In this document: one piece after another, positions 1-9,157 of the stretch
Layout: each line of letters opens with the position of its first letter
Position numbering within the stretch: position 1 is the stretch's first letter
Virus record (IMG/VR): IMGVR_UViG_2870609773_000002
Span: 15,181 to 79,180 of that record
From: a virus
Taxonomy: Duplodnaviria; Caudoviricetes
Length of the DNA stretch: 64,000 nucleotides
Reading direction: 5' to 3' (one strand)
The notes under the pieces: generated by a model
Databases searched by the model: none
Told to the model about the DNA's origin: nothing
What the model saw: only the letters and a program-made list of their open reading frames with translations
Program-made: the position numbers and the translations under genes

Positions 1-114
1 AAGTATCCGCTGACGCTCGCGGAGCTGCGCCGCCGACATGAGGCCGGCCTCGTCCGTCGTCGCAAGAAGGCCCGGCAGCCGCCCCTGTTCGACACCGCGG
101 CGGCCTGCTACTGA
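1..114 (+). CDS. 3' end of an upstream CDS (partial), function unknown
   Basis: Open frame KYPLTLAELRRR...TAAACY ends in TGA at 112-114, overlapping the ATG at 114 (translational coupling). Confidence 0.6.
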   Translation, partial: KYPLTLAELRRRHEAGLVRRRKKARQPPLFDTAAACY

Positions 115-872
115 TGCACGCGCCGCTGTACCTGGCGCCACCGTCCACTGCCCGGATCCGAGAGCACATCCACGCGCGCCGGCTCGGCGCCATCGTCACG
201 CCCTCCTCGGGCAACCGCGTCCCAGAGCACGGCTGGTGGGCCGCCGACTCCGGGATCTTCGGCAGCACGTACGTTGGCGACGAGGCGTACATGGACTGGC
301 TGGAGGAACGCGCGGAGTTCGCCGACCGGTGCCTGTTCGCGACCGCCCCCGACGTCCCCTTCAACGCGTTCACCAGCATCAACCGCTCATACCCGTACCT
401 TGACCGCATCCGGCGAATGGGATACCCGGTCGCCCTGGTCGCCCAGGACCATCTCGAATTGTGCGACTGGTGGCGCTGGGAGGACTTCGACTGCCTGTTC
501 ATCGGCGGATCGACGAGCTGGAAGCTCAGTCCCGCGGCCGCCGTGCTCGCGCGGGCCGCGTGCGCTGCCGGGCTGTGGGTGCACGTCGGCCGGGTCAACT
601 CGTTCAAGCGGATGCGGTACGCGTCGCTCGCGATGGACGCCGACTCGGCGGACGGAACGCTCCTCACCAACGGCCCCGACAAGCACCTGCCGTCCGTCCT
701 GCGCTGGACGTGGCAACTGCTGCTCGATGACGCCCCCGCGCTCATCGACCCGGAATACCTCACCAGCGCCTGGGACAACGGACGCTACGACCTCGCGCCC
801 AGGCGCACCGTTCAGGCCTTACCGCGCACCCCCGCGCGTGCCTCCGAACCCTTACAACTCACCCTGATCTGA
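114..872 (+). CDS. TGT/DpdA-like (queuine tRNA-ribosyltransferase fold) phage protein
   Basis: Motifs WAADSG, CLFATAPDV, FIGGSTSWKL, VHVGRVNS, DSADGT recalled from phage TGT-like proteins; substrate unknown. Confidence 0.6.
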   Translation: MHAPLYLAPPSTARIREHIHARRLGAIVTPSSGNRVPEHGWWAADSGIFGSTYVGDEAYMDWLEERAEFADRCLFATAPDVPFNAFTSINRSYPYLDRIRRMGYPVALVAQDHLELCDWWRWEDFDCLFIGGSTSWKLSPAAAVLARAACAAGLWVHVGRVNSFKRMRYASLAMDADSADGTLLTNGPDKHLPSVLRWTWQLLLDDAPALIDPEYLTSAWDNGRYDLAPRRTVQALPRTPARASEPLQLTLI

Positions 873-884
873 AAGGGGCTCTTG

Positions 885-1160
885 ATGTCCGTCATGTGCT
901 TCCACTGCCGTGAACCGCTCGACCAGTGCAGGCGCGCCCTGCTGCAGGACGCCACCGACAAGGCCGTGGAGGAGATCGGCTTCGCCGCGCTCGTCGCCGA
1001 GTCCGACGAGGACCAGGCCGTGCAGGTCGTCTCCGCGTGGGACGCCGCCCGCGCGGTCAACAACCTCGTGGACCTCATCGTCGCCCAGAACTACGGCATC
1101 GACGTGGACGAGGCGTATGAGCGGGCCCGCGCGCTCATCGAGGAGACCGCCTGTGCCTAA
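885..1160 (+). CDS. Hypothetical protein with N-terminal CxxC
   Basis: GAAAGGGG RBS, ATG at 885, coupled to next gene. Confidence 0.7.
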   Translation: MSVMCFHCREPLDQCRRALLQDATDKAVEEIGFAALVAESDEDQAVQVVSAWDAARAVNNLVDLIVAQNYGIDVDEAYERARALIEETACA

Positions 1161-1725
1161 CCGCAAGCCGGCCCGGACGCCGAAGCCGAAGACGTACCAG
1201 ATGGGCGACCGCGTGCAGATGCGGCGCGCGTACGGCGTGGTCGGTCGAGTCGTGAAGGTGATCTACCGTAACAGGCCCGCGTTCTTCGGCTACCTCGTGG
1301 ACTTCGGCGACCACCAACGCGAGCTCGCCGGGACCGATGTCGTTGAGCCGCCTCGGCTGCTGCTGGAGGAGTACCGGAAGTGGCAGGACGACTTCCTCGG
1401 CTGGGAGTTCATCGCGCTCCTCGATGACGCGCGGCTCGCCCAGCTTCGCATGGAGTGGTGCGAGGTGAACAAGACGCTGGCCAGGCTGCGGCCCGACTGG
1501 ATCCCGCACCGGCGGGAGGGCGTGCAGCCGGTCCACCGGGTGACCGTCACGAAGACGACGGAGCGGCACAAGAACGTCTCGTCCAATGGGGCGTTCATCC
1601 GGACGATTGATCGGCACTTCTGGTGGCTGAAGTGCCCGTGCGGACTGCACGAGGTGGCCGAGTCGTCGCAGGAGGCCCAGCGGCGAAAAGGCGGACATGA
1701 CACCCCGCTCGGGGAGGTCGAGTGA
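1153..1725 (+). CDS. Hypothetical phage protein
   Basis: AGGAG RBS, GTG at 1153 overlapping the upstream stop; stop overlaps the next start (GTGA). Confidence 0.65.
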   Translation: MPNRKPARTPKPKTYQMGDRVQMRRAYGVVGRVVKVIYRNRPAFFGYLVDFGDHQRELAGTDVVEPPRLLLEEYRKWQDDFLGWEFIALLDDARLAQLRMEWCEVNKTLARLRPDWIPHRREGVQPVHRVTVTKTTERHKNVSSNGAFIRTIDRHFWWLKCPCGLHEVAESSQEAQRRKGGHDTPLGEVE

Positions 1726-2234
1726 GCCTGCGCATCGTCCCCGTGAGCTTCCGCGACGCCTGCGGTTTCGTCTCGATGTGGCACCGGCACCTTCAGCCGC
1801 CCCGCGGCCACAAGTTCAGCGTCGGCATCGCGGACAGCGCCGATCGTCTCATTGGCGTCGCGATCGTCGGCCGGCCGGTCGCGCGCCGCCTCGACGACGG
1901 CATGACGCTGGAGGTCATCAGGACTGCGACGGACGGGACACGCAACGCCAACTCGATGCTGTACGGCACGGCCTGGCGGGCGGCGAAGGCTCTCGGGTAT
2001 CGCCGTCTGATCACCTACAACCACACCCGCGTGTCCGGCCCGGTCTGCGGCGGCTCGTGTCTGCACTGGTCCTGCCGTTCTATACGCGCAGGTGAGAGCG
2101 GTGCCAGCCTGCGCGCGGCGGGCTGGCGCGTCATCGCGCAGCGTCGGCCCAAGCCCGGCTGGGACCGGCCCTCCCGTCCTCGGGCGGCCAACGGCAGCGA
2201 AGGGATCCCGCGCACGTTGTGGGAGGCGGTCTAG
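1722..2234 (+). CDS. XF1762/Mom-like GNAT-fold DNA-modification protein
   Basis: HRHxxPPRGHKFS, GVAIVGRPVAR, LEVxRxxTDG, SMLYG, GYRRLITY, ESGASLRAAGW motifs. Confidence 0.8.
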   Translation: MSLRIVPVSFRDACGFVSMWHRHLQPPRGHKFSVGIADSADRLIGVAIVGRPVARRLDDGMTLEVIRTATDGTRNANSMLYGTAWRAAKALGYRRLITYNHTRVSGPVCGGSCLHWSCRSIRAGESGASLRAAGWRVIAQRRPKPGWDRPSRPRAANGSEGIPRTLWEAV

Positions 2235-2331
2235 GGAAAGTTGCGCATCTGGCGCACTTGTTGTGTCATATGCGTCTGACGCGTGCCTTACCGTTCTGTA
2301 CCAACAGAACCGTCACACGGGGGAGTGCAGC

Positions 2332-2610
2332 GTGAACAAGGCAGACGTCATCGAGGAGTTCCGCCAGCGGACGGACGCGCCGTCGCGAGCCGCCGCAGCG
2401 CGGAGCGTCGAGGCGTTCATCGACATCATCGTCGGCGCCGTAGCCGCCGGTGGAGAAGTCCGCATCGGCCGGCTCGGCGTCTTCGACCGCAACTACCACA
2501 AGGCCACGGCCCGCCGGAACCCGAACACCAACGAGGTGATCGACGTGCCCGGCAAGTGGGTCATGCGGTTCCGGCCGGCCAAGGCCGTCAAGGCCGCCGT
2601 CAACAAGTAA
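2332..2610 (+). CDS. HU/IHF-family DNA-binding protein
   Basis: VNKADVI...GGEVRIGRLGVF...ARRNPNTNEVIDVP...FRPAKAVKAAV is the HU signature; GGGAG RBS. Confidence 0.9.
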   Translation: MNKADVIEEFRQRTDAPSRAAAARSVEAFIDIIVGAVAAGGEVRIGRLGVFDRNYHKATARRNPNTNEVIDVPGKWVMRFRPAKAVKAAVNK

Positions 2611-2621
2611 CACCACCAGCT

Positions 2622-2667
2622 CGTCGGCGGTCCGCTGCGGGGGCGCGGACCGCCGACGTTTCCATTT
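2622..2667 (+). terminator. Intrinsic terminator after HU gene
   Basis: 14-bp perfect stem CGTCGGCGGTCCGC / GCGGACCGCCGACG followed by TTTCCATTT. Confidence 0.7.
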
Positions 2668-2681
2668 GCGAAGGACACCAC

Positions 2682-3266
2682 ATGCGACGATCTGACATGG
2701 ACGCAGCCCTCGACGAGCTGTACGCCAAGGTGCCGCAGCCCGGCTGTAAGGGATTGTGCGTCGATAGCTGCGGCCCGGTAGGGATGAACCCGCGCGAGCA
2801 CCAGCGGATCCGCGAGCGGGGCGTGAACATCCCGCACCACCGGGACGCGCTCGCCCAGCTCGCCGAGACCGGCGATTACACCTGCCCGGCGTTGAAGGAC
2901 GGACAGTGCAGCGTCTACGACGTGCGGCCGATGTCCTGTCACCTGTGGGGCGCGGTCGAAACGATGCCTTGCCCGTACGGCTGCCGCCCGGAGGAGGGAC
3001 TACTACCGGACGCGGAAGGGCACGCGCTCCTCGCGCAGTCCCTTGACGTTGGCAAGCCGGACGCGCTCGACGCTGAGCAGTTGGGGCGTCTCAAGCAGCG
3101 GTTCGACGATCCGCAGTTCCGGCAGACCGTACGACAGTACGTGCAGGAGAACCGGCCTGCTGCGAACCCCGGACAGGCCATCGAGCACTGGCGGAGCAAG
3201 GCCGCCGGGTACGGCCTCAGCGTGCCCACTGGGCCGAAGAAGCGGCCGCGCCGCCGGCGCGGATAG
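2682..3266 (+). CDS. YkgJ-family cysteine-cluster (Fe-S/Zn) protein
   Basis: CKGLCVDSCG ... CPAL..GQCSVYDVRPMSCHLWG pattern; AAGGA RBS. Confidence 0.8.
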   Translation: MRRSDMDAALDELYAKVPQPGCKGLCVDSCGPVGMNPREHQRIRERGVNIPHHRDALAQLAETGDYTCPALKDGQCSVYDVRPMSCHLWGAVETMPCPYGCRPEEGLLPDAEGHALLAQSLDVGKPDALDAEQLGRLKQRFDDPQFRQTVRQYVQENRPAANPGQAIEHWRSKAAGYGLSVPTGPKKRPRRRRG

Positions 3267-3276
3267 GGTGCGAGGC

Positions 3277-4278
3277 TCACGCGGTGGGATCGGAAGCGAT
3301 CACCAGAACACCACGACGCCGGACGGCCGACCGGCCCCCGGGCAAGTTCACGGCCTTCTGCCCGTGCCAGTGCGTCACCAACCGGTCCAGGGCCCGCACG
3401 TGAGTGGCCGACAGCACGCCGGACGGGGAGCCCGCGGCGATGGCCGCTCGCCGCAGTACCCGTCGTCTTACCGCGTCGGGAAGCTTCTCAAGCTCGGCCA
3501 CGGCCAGCGTCACCGACTCGCCGAGGTCGCCTCGTACAGAGTGCTGGTAAGCCGAGTCGGCCCACTCGTCGAGCGCGTCGGCGTCTTCCCGCGCGAGCGC
3601 GGCGGTTCGAGCCAGCGCCTCGATCACCCCCGGCCCCAGCTCTTGCTCCAGGAGTGGAAGGATCTTGTGGCGCACTCGGACGCGTGTGTAGCGCGGGTCG
3701 GCGTTGTGTGGGTCGTCCCACAGGTCGAGGTTCTGCGCCCGGCAGGCGGCCACGGTGGTAGCCCTGGGAAGGTGCAGGAGGGGGCGCCGGTAGCGTCCCG
3801 TCGTGGCCGCCATGCCGGACAGGGACCGGGGTCCGCTGCCCCTGGCCAGCCCGAGAAGCACCGTTTCGGCCTGGTCGTCGCGGGTGTGTCCGAGCAGCAC
3901 GGCCTCTGCGCCATGCCGGTCGGCTGCCTCGCTGAGCGCGGCATATCGGGCCTCTCGTGCTGCCGCCTCTGGGCCGCCCTCCCCGCCCACGGTAACGGTG
4001 AGGACTTCCGAGGGGGTGAGGCCGAGGTCCGTGCCCAGGGCTGCCACGGTTTCCGCCCTCTGGCGCGAGCCCTCTTGGAGTTGGTGATCCACGGTCAGCA
4101 GGCCGGCGCGCAAGCGGAGGCGGGGGGCGACGAAGGCCAGTGCTGCGGCCAGGGCCAGCGAGTCGGCCCCGCCGCTGCATGCGGTGAGAATGAGCGCGTC
4201 CTTCTGGACGTCGGCCAGGGCTTCGCGGACGGCTCGGCGGACGTCGGCTACGGCTGGATGCGGACCCACATGTGTCAT
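3277..4278 (-). CDS. tilS: tRNA(Ile)-lysidine synthetase, actinobacterial host type, apparently intact (start may be GTG at 4269)
   Basis: PP-loop [42 protein letters not shown] motifs all present. Confidence 0.93.
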   Translation of the reverse strand: MTHVGPHPAVADVRRAVREALADVQKDALILTACSGGADSLALAAALAFVAPRLRLRAGLLTVDHQLQEGSRQRAETVAALGTDLGLTPSEVLTVTVGGEGGPEAAAREARYAALSEAADRHGAEAVLLGHTRDDQAETVLLGLARGSGPRSLSGMAATTGRYRRPLLHLPRATTVAACRAQNLDLWDDPHNADPRYTRVRVRHKILPLLEQELGPGVIEALARTAALAREDADALDEWADSAYQHSVRGDLGESVTLAVAELEKLPDAVRRRVLRRAAIAAGSPSGVLSATHVRALDRLVTHWHGQKAVNLPGGRSAVRRRGVLVIASDPTA

Positions 4279-4299
4279 TGTCGTGGATCCGGGTGTCGA

Positions 4300-4833
4300 T
4301 CAGTGTGCCTGCGGCTGCTGGGCGTCGCTCTGCTCCAGGTCGAGCTCGTCCAGGTATGCCTCCATGGCGTCGTTGAGGACGGCCATGCCACCCATCTGCT
4401 CCTGGTGGCACGCGGCGACGAGCCGCGCTCGCGTGTTCCGCTTGAGCCGCACTACGGAGCCTGGTGCAACCGGACGGTCGCGGGGTGTGCCAGGCGGCGG
4501 CGGGTTGGGGTCACGGGGCACTTTGAGATTGGCCTTGTCGATGGGCTCGGGGAACACGGCCGGGATGGGCGGCTGCAGTGCGTCGCAGTAGGTGTTGATC
4601 GCCAGTTCCCACGCTTCCTGCGGGCCCATGCCCATGTCGTCGAGGGCGGTGGTGAGGCGGTCGTCGATGTCGCTGTACAGGTAGATCGTGGTGGGGACGA
4701 GGTTTGTCCAGCGCACTGCGCGGAGGCGACGTGGCCCACCTCGGCGGGTCGATTGCGGTTCCGCTGGCGGCTGTTGTCCGGCTGCGGAGTCCTCGGATGG
4801 GTTGAGCTGAGGTGGCTTCGGGGCGCGCGGCAT
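4300..4833 (-). CDS. Putative DNA-binding protein with two ribbon-helix-helix-like segments
   Basis: TTIYLYSDIDDRLTTAL...QEAWELAINTYC and SVVRLKRNTRARLVAAC...MAVLNDAMEAYL; 21 bp upstream of tilS, same strand. Confidence 0.55.
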   Translation of the reverse strand: MPRAPKPPQLNPSEDSAAGQQPPAEPQSTRRGGPRRLRAVRWTNLVPTTIYLYSDIDDRLTTALDDMGMGPQEAWELAINTYCDALQPPIPAVFPEPIDKANLKVPRDPNPPPPGTPRDRPVAPGSVVRLKRNTRARLVAACHQEQMGGMAVLNDAMEAYLDELDLEQSDAQQPQAH

Positions 4834-5072
4834 ATGGGGCTTCCTGTGTGGTGCGTGGCGTGGTTCAACGGTACGGCGTTTCTGCCGCCGTGTCGTCTTC
4901 GACGTGTACTGTAGCGGCCCGATTACTTTACGTCATTATTGGTTCCCTGATTGTTTATATCGATTCCCTGTATGTACTATCGAAGTGATCGCAGAGCTTC
5001 ACGATCAACCCTTCGCCACCTGGTGGCATGCCGCTACCAGCACCAACACCACAACCCGGAAGGGCTCACCGC

Positions 5073-5561
5073 ATGGAAACCCGGCTCTACACTCGCACCA
5101 ACCCCGACAACGGGCAGATCGAGATCAAGCACTACGAGATCACTCCCGATGCCCAGCCTGACGAGCCCGGTCCGGTCTTCATGACTCACTTCTGGGGCAC
5201 CGAAGCTCCGGCCGACTTCTTCACCGCCCACAGCGACTACGACGACGATGACGTGCTGTGCCTCATGGACCTCTACGGGCGCGAACTCGACGGACCGCTG
5301 GACGAATTCCTCGCGGCCACCTGGAAAGAGCACGACGCCGAAGGCTGGGTCCTCCTGCCTTCGCTCCCCGAGCCGCACGAGTACACCTGCGCAGGCTCGC
5401 CCGTCGCTGTCCTCCGCGCAGATGGCAGCAACCACATCGAGATCGCTGCCCTGCCCGGCAGTCGCACTGTCGAAGGCAGCCTCGAAAGGATCACTCTCGA
5501 AGAGGCCATGGGGCTCATCAACAGCCTCACCGACGCCATCGACGAGGAGAAATGGGCATGA
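5073..5561 (+). CDS. Hypothetical acidic protein
   Basis: GAAGGG RBS, ATG at 5073, stop overlaps next ATG. Confidence 0.65.
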   Translation: METRLYTRTNPDNGQIEIKHYEITPDAQPDEPGPVFMTHFWGTEAPADFFTAHSDYDDDDVLCLMDLYGRELDGPLDEFLAATWKEHDAEGWVLLPSLPEPHEYTCAGSPVAVLRADGSNHIEIAALPGSRTVEGSLERITLEEAMGLINSLTDAIDEEKWA

Positions 5562-5932
5562 CCGCCCAGCAGTCCGAGCCGGCCCGGCGCCCGCGCGAGG
5601 TCTTCCGCTTCGGCTTCTACGCGTGGAATATCAGCGCCGCCCTGCGCATCGTCGAGGGTCGCGAACCTGACCGCGTCAACGTCAAGGAGGCCGCCACTCT
5701 GCTGTGGCTGATCTACGTGAACGAGTCCCACGCCGCCACCGTGGACCTCGCCCAGCCCGTGCTCCTCGCCCCCTTCGCGGGCACCGGCCACATCCCCATC
5801 GACGGCTGGCACCGCATCTGGAAGGCAAGACGTGAAGGCGTCGAGACGCTTCCCGCGCTCGCCCTCACGCCCGAGGAGGAATTCCGGGTCCGGATGCACG
5901 GAGGCGACAAAGGCCCTGGCTATCACCGCTAA
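5558..5932 (+). CDS. Stand-alone ParB/Srx-fold protein
   Basis: PVLL...PIDGWHRIWKARREG matches the ParB N-terminal IDGxHR motif. Confidence 0.6.
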   Translation: MTAQQSEPARRPREVFRFGFYAWNISAALRIVEGREPDRVNVKEAATLLWLIYVNESHAATVDLAQPVLLAPFAGTGHIPIDGWHRIWKARREGVETLPALALTPEEEFRVRMHGGDKGPGYHR

Positions 5933-5950
5933 TAGCGGTACCACAATCAG
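5929..5950. promoter_or_regulatory. 22-bp palindromic site, copy 1 (CTAATAGCGGTACCACAATCAG)
   Basis: Matches consensus CTRAYWGCGGTACCGCWRTCRG; overlaps stop of ParB-like gene. Confidence 0.8.
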
Positions 5951-5951
5951 T

Positions 5952-5975
5952 TTCCCCGCCCGCCCGGGCGGGGAA
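5952..5975. terminator. GC-rich hairpin (terminator-like)
   Basis: Perfect 10-bp stem TTCCCCGCCC / GGGCGGGGAA, 4-nt loop. Confidence 0.5.
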
Positions 5976-6000
5976 GCTTCCCCCTCACCTGGAGAAGCAC

Positions 6001-6705
6001 ATGAAGAAGCTCGCCTTCCTCGACCTTGAGACGACCTCCCTCGACGAACGCCACGGCGACCTCTGGGAGATCGGCCTCATCATGCGAGACCTGCGCCAGC
6101 CGATCAGGACCGACGTCGAACACTGGTGGCAGGTCCGCCCGGACCTGACGCTCGCCGACCCGAAGGCGCTGGAGGTCGGCCGCTACTACGAGCGGTGCCG
6201 GGTCAGGCGCTCGTCCATCGGTGCCGGCCGGAAGCTCTCACCCGCCATCAACCTCGGTAGCCCGTGGATCCACGAGTACACCGGCGAGCCCCCGGCCGAG
6301 GGCGACTGGTACATGAGCGCCACCGCCGGAAGCATCGCCGCCACGGTCGCCCGAGAGCTGGACGGCGCCACGATCGTCGCCAACAATCCGACCCACGACC
6401 GCAAGTTCCTGGCGAAGTTCCTGCGGGTCCACGGGCAGCTCCTCACCGCCCACCATCGCATGATCGACATCCGCGCCCTGCTGATCGGCTACGTTGACGG
6501 CCGGCTGTCCGCCTACGACGGCAAGGTGGACGAGGCGTTCGAGGCTGAGGCCGTCCCGTACGTCGATGACTGGCTGGCCGGCTACATGGACAGCCCGTCC
6601 TGGGAGATCGTCGGCATCGCCCAGGACCCGGGTACGAAGCACACCGCGCTCGGCGACGCCCGCCTCGACCGCGACGTGTACGACGCCATCCGGAGCAGCC
6701 GATGA
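6001..6705 (+). CDS. DEDDh 3'-5' exonuclease (DnaQ-like)
   Basis: FLDLETT (ExoI), ANNPTHD (ExoII), HTALGDA (ExoIII). Confidence 0.88.
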   Translation: MKKLAFLDLETTSLDERHGDLWEIGLIMRDLRQPIRTDVEHWWQVRPDLTLADPKALEVGRYYERCRVRRSSIGAGRKLSPAINLGSPWIHEYTGEPPAEGDWYMSATAGSIAATVARELDGATIVANNPTHDRKFLAKFLRVHGQLLTAHHRMIDIRALLIGYVDGRLSAYDGKVDEAFEAEAVPYVDDWLAGYMDSPSWEIVGIAQDPGTKHTALGDARLDRDVYDAIRSSR

Positions 6706-7010
6706 CCGCCACCGTGAGCGGCATCCTGACCGCCGCCGCGGACCGCATCGAGAGCAGCGGATGGGCCTCGCACTACCAGCAGCCAGGCGTTTCGATCTGC
6801 GACGCCATCGCGCTGGAGGTCCGTGACGTGCCTGGTCCCAACAAGCTGAAAGCAGCGCTCCTCAACGCGGCCTTCGCCGCACTCCAACACCACATCGAAC
6901 CGGCAGGGATGTCCGACTGGCTTCGTGACCCCGACCGTACTCAGGCCGAGGTCGTTGCGGCTCTCCGGGAGGCCGCCGAGCGAGCCCCGGAGGAAGGACA
7001 TACCCCGTGA
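6702..7010 (+). CDS. Hypothetical phage protein (DUF6197-like)
   Basis: LTAAADRIESSGW...SICDAI...WLRDPDRTQAEVVAALREAA pattern; overlapping starts/stops. Confidence 0.6.
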   Translation: MTATVSGILTAAADRIESSGWASHYQQPGVSICDAIALEVRDVPGPNKLKAALLNAAFAALQHHIEPAGMSDWLRDPDRTQAEVVAALREAAERAPEEGHTP

Positions 7011-7336
7011 TCACAGGATGGGACGCTCTCTCCCTGATCTGGGCATGCGGCGTCGCCTACACCGCGCCGCGCATCCTCAAGCGGTGGTCGCTCATCACCA
7101 CCTGCGACCCCATCGACCTGTGCCAGGGCTGCCGCGACGAGCGCAGACAGGTCATGCAGGACGCCATGGTCTACGACGTCATGGGGCCTGCGGGCGGCGC
7201 CCTGCAAGTCCTGATAGAGGCGTTCATCTGGTACCTCAAGCCGTTCGTCCCCGCCCTCCGCAAGCTCGCCGGGCGTGAGCCGCTTCCCACCTGCTCGAAG
7301 GGCCCATGCCTGGCTTACACCCGCAGGCGGGCGTAA
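7007..7336 (+). CDS. Hypothetical protein
   Basis: GGAGGAAGGA RBS, GTGA overlap with previous gene. Confidence 0.6.
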   Translation: MITGWDALSLIWACGVAYTAPRILKRWSLITTCDPIDLCQGCRDERRQVMQDAMVYDVMGPAGGALQVLIEAFIWYLKPFVPALRKLAGREPLPTCSKGPCLAYTRRRA

Positions 7337-7384
7337 GCCACAGCGTCACCCACTCCACCTCTCCCTACACCGAAAGGAATCATC

Positions 7385-7600
7385 ATGAAGCCCACCATCC
7401 GCGTCGTCGTCTGCCTGATGGCGCTGCTGCTCATGCTGGCAATGTGGCTGACCTTCGCCTATCTGATGAAGGACACCGGCCTGATCACCTGGATCCTTGG
7501 CCTCGGCCTGGTCGCGGTGCTCATCATGGGCAACTGGATCACCGACCTGGCGGCCGACCAGCCGGCCGCGCGCGAGCCCGCGCAGGACGGTGAGAAGTGA
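7385..7600 (+). CDS. Small two-TM membrane protein
   Basis: GAAAGGA RBS; two hydrophobic segments. Confidence 0.7.
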   Translation: MKPTIRVVVCLMALLLMLAMWLTFAYLMKDTGLITWILGLGLVAVLIMGNWITDLAADQPAAREPAQDGEK

Positions 7601-7704
7601 TGGCTGTTGACTTCAGCCCCCTCGGAGTCACCGACGACCAAGCGCGCGACCTCTTCAAGCTCGGCGCGGCGTAGGCTGGTCCCGCGTATCTGCACACATA
7701 CGCG

Positions 7705-7742
7705 GAAAGCCCCGGCGCCTGCTGGCGCCGGGGCTTTCTTCT
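7705..7742 (+). terminator. Strong intrinsic terminator
   Basis: 15-bp perfect stem GAAAGCCCCGGCGCC / GGCGCCGGGGCTTTC with 4-nt loop and T/C tail. Confidence 0.85.
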
Positions 7743-7804
7743 CTCCGGGCGGCTCGTTGAGTCCCCATGTGTCTATAAAGGTTCCCAACATGTATGCTTC
7801 GGCC

Positions 7805-8290
7805 ATGACGAAACGAGGCCCCCGCGGGCCGGTGCCGATCTACCAGGTGATCATCAAGGCCATCAAGGACGACATCGCCGCCGGCACGCTGAGGCCCGGT
7901 CAAGCCCTGCCCACAGAGGCCGAGATGTGCACCATTCACCAGGCGTCGCGACTGACGGTGCGCAGAGCCCTGGAGGTCCTGCGCGAGGAAGACGTCATCT
8001 ACACCGTTCGCGCCGAAGGGTCCTACGTGGGGCCCCGCGACGCCCCGCAGATCCGCGAGCCGTGGGAGTTCGAGAAGATCGCGTCCGAGTTCGCCGACCG
8101 CATCAAGCGGGGCGACCTCAAGCCGGATGAGGTGCTCCCCTCGCAGTCGGAGCTAATCGAGCAGTACGGCGTGGCCAAGAAGACCGCCCGTGCCGCCATG
8201 GCCTTGCTGCGAGATCAGGGGTGGGTGTACACGGTGCCCACGATCGGAACGTTCGTTGCAAGCCGCGATAAATGGCCTACGGAGAGTTGA
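7805..8290 (+). CDS. GntR-family regulator with two tandem wHTH domains
   Basis: IYQVI...LPTEAEM...SRLTVRRAL...EGSYV and EKIA...LPSQSEL...VAKKTARAAM...IGTFV. Confidence 0.9.
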   Translation: MTKRGPRGPVPIYQVIIKAIKDDIAAGTLRPGQALPTEAEMCTIHQASRLTVRRALEVLREEDVIYTVRAEGSYVGPRDAPQIREPWEFEKIASEFADRIKRGDLKPDEVLPSQSELIEQYGVAKKTARAAMALLRDQGWVYTVPTIGTFVASRDKWPTES

Positions 8291-8370
8291 CCTTAGCGAT
8301 TGCTGAGAATGGCCTCGGCGCGCGATGTAGCCAATAGGTAGACACGGCTGCGTCGCGTGCCACTTTTATG

Positions 8371-8619
8371 TCAGCGACCGGAGCTGACCTGCTCTAACGC
8401 TGCGGCATATATATGCGCAGGGGTCGTGACGCCATTGACACGCGGCCGCCGGCGAGCGATCAGGGCCATCGCCGCGCAGGCCGCCAGGCAAGCGCCTGCC
8501 ATGACGACGATGTCGATACCGCCGAGCCTGTCGGTGAGGACGACGTGGACAACGGCTGCGCCAAACACCAGGTTGCCGACGACGAAGGCCGCCACGAGGG
8601 CCGCCACCGCTCGGTTCAT
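8371..8619 (-). CDS. Small two-TM membrane protein
   Basis: GAGAAAGG RBS before ATG at 8619; two hydrophobic helices, basic tail. Confidence 0.65.
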   Translation of the reverse strand: MNRAVAALVAAFVVGNLVFGAAVVHVVLTDRLGGIDIVVMAGACLAACAAMALIARRRPRVNGVTTPAHIYAAALEQVSSGR

Positions 8620-8915
8620 GTTTCCGCCTTTCTCTCGTGATTGATTGCCAGAGCGTTCTATCATCCCCGTCCGACAAGTGCGCACATCACCCGGGGTGCC
8701 CGCCCGGCCGACGCGTCGGTAACACATCCGTAATCTGGCAAGCTCCCGTGTCATAGAAGTGCCATGTCGCCAAGATGCTGCCCGAAAATGTAGACAATCC
8801 CGCGAGAAAGGACTTTTATGGTCACTCCATGACGTGACGCCTCGGAGTGACAAAAAGTCAACTGGGCGTCCGTATCCCTTGCGTTCGTATCGTTCCAACC
8901 CCTGGGGGTTCCACC

Positions 8916-9107
8916 ATGTCCAAGCTCATGGGAGCGCTCACGCGCCTGACCACGTACGCCATTGCCGTCGCCGCGGCCGGCCTGTTCCTGTCGGCGCCCA
9001 GCGTCGCCTACGCCGACGAGGCCATCCCGGCCGACACTCCGTCCAGCCCTCTCGTAAGCGAGACGCCCGCTGAGTCGGTGCAGTCCATCCACTTCGGCGG
9101 CATGTAG
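8916..9107 (+). CDS. Small secreted pre-peptide (63 aa), candidate signalling peptide
   Basis: Basic N-terminus, hydrophobic core, AYA|D signal-peptidase site; about 30-aa mature part ending SIHFGGM; GGGGG RBS. Confidence 0.7.
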   Translation: MSKLMGALTRLTTYAIAVAAAGLFLSAPSVAYADEAIPADTPSSPLVSETPAESVQSIHFGGM

Positions 9108-9157
9108 TCGCAGCACACGGCCAGGATGACGGTAAGGACCAGCCAGTACGGAGACTC

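Noticed and set aside
3277-4278. tilS as a marker of the host chromosome or prophage boundary
   Set aside because: No hpt, ftsH or dacB neighbours; phage-type genes continue on both sides.
3043-4914. 623-aa plus-strand ORF
   Set aside because: Antisense shadow of tilS and the RHH-like gene; no recognisable motifs. Long shadow ORFs are expected at this GC content.
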